Shown here: in pieces, positions 62,813 to 64,000 of the stretch
Position numbering within the stretch: position 1 is the first letter of the stretch
Layout of the letters: the number at the start of each line of letters is the position of its first letter
Source of the DNA: Ostreococcus lucimarinus
Lineage: Eukaryota
DNA length: 64,000 nt
Reading direction: 5' to 3' (one strand)
NCBI GenBank assembly: GCA_000092065.1
Contig: CP000598.1
Notes under the pieces: generated by a model
Databases searched by the model: none
What the model was told of the DNA's origin: nothing
Seen by the model: only the letters and a program-made list of their open reading frames with translations
Made by a program: the position numbers and the translations under genes

Positions 62813-64000
62813 ATGGGACGGTTAAAAAGTATCCTCGTCCTCGATCGCCGAAGAGCGAGAACTCTGATCTCGTTAGTCTCGTTAGTCTCGCTAGTCTCGT
62901 TGTGTTTCGCCGCCCTGCTATCGGTGAACAAACATGCCGGTTGGCCGCGAAAAGGCGATCCTCCCACGCCCTCGTTGGACTCGATGAAAGATATCGAGTC
63001 AGAACGTTTCGACAGAACGGCCTATTCTGCTGAAATCAAAATCGCGATTGTCTTCGGTACGCGACCAGAGGCTGTGAAAATGGCTCCGGTGATTCAAGCG
63101 GTGGCCAGATCGTCGACTCTGAGTGCGATACTGATCTCCACGGGTCAACACAAACAGATGCTTGAGCAAGTTCTGCGCCAGTTCAGCTTGCAAGATAAAA
63201 TTCAACACGAGCTAGCGCTGATGAAGCCAAATCAACAGCTCGCAGAGCTCACATCGAGCGCGGTGCGCGCGGTAGACGGCGTGCTACGTTCGTCAAAACC
63301 AGACGCGGTGCTCGTGCAGGGCGATACAACGACAGCGTTTATCACGTCTTTGGCGGCGTTTTACTTGAAAATACCAGTTGGACACATCGAAGCGGGTCTT
63401 CGTACGCGTGATATCTACTCACCCTTTCCCGAAGAAGTCAATAGACAGTGTATCTCAGTTATGGCGACGTATCACTTCGCACCCACCGAACACGCGGCAA
63501 AAAATCTGTACGACGAGGGTAGACGCACGAATGTGTTTACAACCGGTAACACTGTTGTCGATGCCCTATATGCAATTTTAAAGACTGAACCGAGTGATCG
63601 AGTGATTGAGCTATCCAAAGTCGTGAAGACTGTATCCACTCTGCGCGACGTGAGGCTGTTACTTCTCACCGCTCATCGACGTGAAAACCTTGGCGAACCC
63701 ATACTCAACATCTTCACAAGCATAGAGAAGCTTCTGCAAGAATACCCTGACGTCGTCGTGATTTATCCCATTCACTTGAACCCTATGGTGAAGCACTTAG
63801 CAGAACAGCACTTCGGCGTTGATACATTCCACAGCCTTGTACAGTCGGACCACGCGCCGCCAACGACTACGCACTTACGGCGATTGCTGATAGTACCACC
63901 TCTAGACCATGCAGATTTATTATTCATGATGAAAGAGAGTTTTTTCGTCATGACAGATTCGGGAGGTATCCAAGAGGAAGCGGTCACTCTAGGAAAACCG
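62813..64000 (+). CDS. UDP-N-acetylglucosamine 2-epimerase (WecB/MnaA type, non-hydrolysing), partial (runs off the right edge), with an N-terminal membrane anchor encoded partly by a 9-bp x3 tandem repeat (SLVSLVSLVSL).
   Basis: Hand translation from ATG 62813: MGRLKSILVLDRRRARTLISLVSLVSLVSLCFAALLSV...KIAIVFGTRPEAVKMAPVIQ...GQHKQM...PDAVLVQGDTTTAF...HIEAGLRT...PFPEEVNRQ...HFAPTE...TGNTVVDAL...LTAHRREN...VMTDSGGIQEEAVTLGKP. The ORF track omits it because no stop occurs before the window end. Confidence 0.75.
   Translation, partial: MGRLKSILVLDRRRARTLISLVSLVSLVSLCFAALLSVNKHAGWPRKGDPPTPSLDSMKDIESERFDRTAYSAEIKIAIVFGTRPEAVKMAPVIQAVARSSTLSAILISTGQHKQMLEQVLRQFSLQDKIQHELALMKPNQQLAELTSSAVRAVDGVLRSSKPDAVLVQGDTTTAFITSLAAFYLKIPVGHIEAGLRTRDIYSPFPEEVNRQCISVMATYHFAPTEHAAKNLYDEGRRTNVFTTGNTVVDALYAILKTEPSDRVIELSKVVKTVSTLRDVRLLLLTAHRRENLGEPILNIFTSIEKLLQEYPDVVVIYPIHLNPMVKHLAEQHFGVDTFHSLVQSDHAPPTTTHLRRLLIVPPLDHADLLFMMKESFFVMTDSGGIQEEAVTLGKP

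Noticed and set aside
37383-64000. Interpretation of the sugar-gene cluster as a bacterial operon, bacterial contamination or free viral genome.
   Set aside because: Genes are in mixed orientations with eukaryotic-type spacing. At least one gene in the cluster has a GT..AG intron. Several enzymes carry eukaryotic-style signal anchors. The cluster is contiguous with clearly eukaryotic genes (Myb, DNMT with PWWP). Ancient HGT or viral origin of individual genes remains possible.
1-64000. CRISPR arrays, rRNA genes, prophage or integron structures.
   Set aside because: No regularly spaced short direct repeats with unique spacers, no rRNA-like conserved stretches and no att/integrase signatures were seen. 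The sequence is eukaryotic in organisation.

Overview
This window reads as eukaryotic nuclear DNA, most likely from an alga or stramenopile-like protist; no rRNA, tRNA or CRISPR array was seen. Two GT..AG introns with in-frame exon joins support this: one in the dTDP/UDP-glucose 4,6-dehydratase-like gene (60560-60666) and one in the BCCT transporter gene (29032-29262). Other signs are a single-repeat Myb (SHAQKHF-type) factor, a eukaryotic-style DNMT with PWWP/Tudor-like tail, and TTTAGGG-type telo-box motifs. GC content is mosaic: extremely CpG-rich islands (about 1-1700, 26.3-29.2 kb, 31.5-37.3 kb) alternate with AT-richer DNA (about 45-59 kb). Main contents: (i) a roughly 2500-aa DUF285-repeat membrane protein (1839..9368) with a perfect 822-bp internal tandem duplication; (ii) a 4.2-kb block present twice at over 99% identity (10190-14403 and 22122-26347), each copy carrying a GIY-YIG endonuclease gene, a 191-aa ORF and an 841-aa secreted protein; (iii) four copies of an about 120-170 bp upstream module with a telo-box-like 'ctagggtttag' core, each just 5' of a plus-strand gene (DUF285 giant, two paralogous coiled-coil genes, an ARM-repeat gene); (iv) BCCT transporter, PhyH-like oxygenase, Myb, DUF218 protein and DNMT in the GC-rich middle; (v) from about 37 kb to the right edge a dense cluster of glycan-biosynthesis genes, several with N-terminal membrane anchors: sulfotransferase-like, two FkbM methyltransferases, GT17, nucleotide-sugar transporter, a TPT-transporter/STELLO-like fusion, GDP-mannose-4,6-dehydratase-like, UDP-glucose-6-dehydrogenase family, dTDP-glucose-4,6-dehydratase family and UDP-GlcNAc 2-epimerase. 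Part of that cluster (45.8-61.9 kb) is AT-richer, bracketed by 85-bp inverted repeats, and contains internal duplications and pseudogenes. All function calls rest on motif recognition by eye; the ORF track uses alternative start codons, so starts are adjusted to the first plausible ATG where stated.
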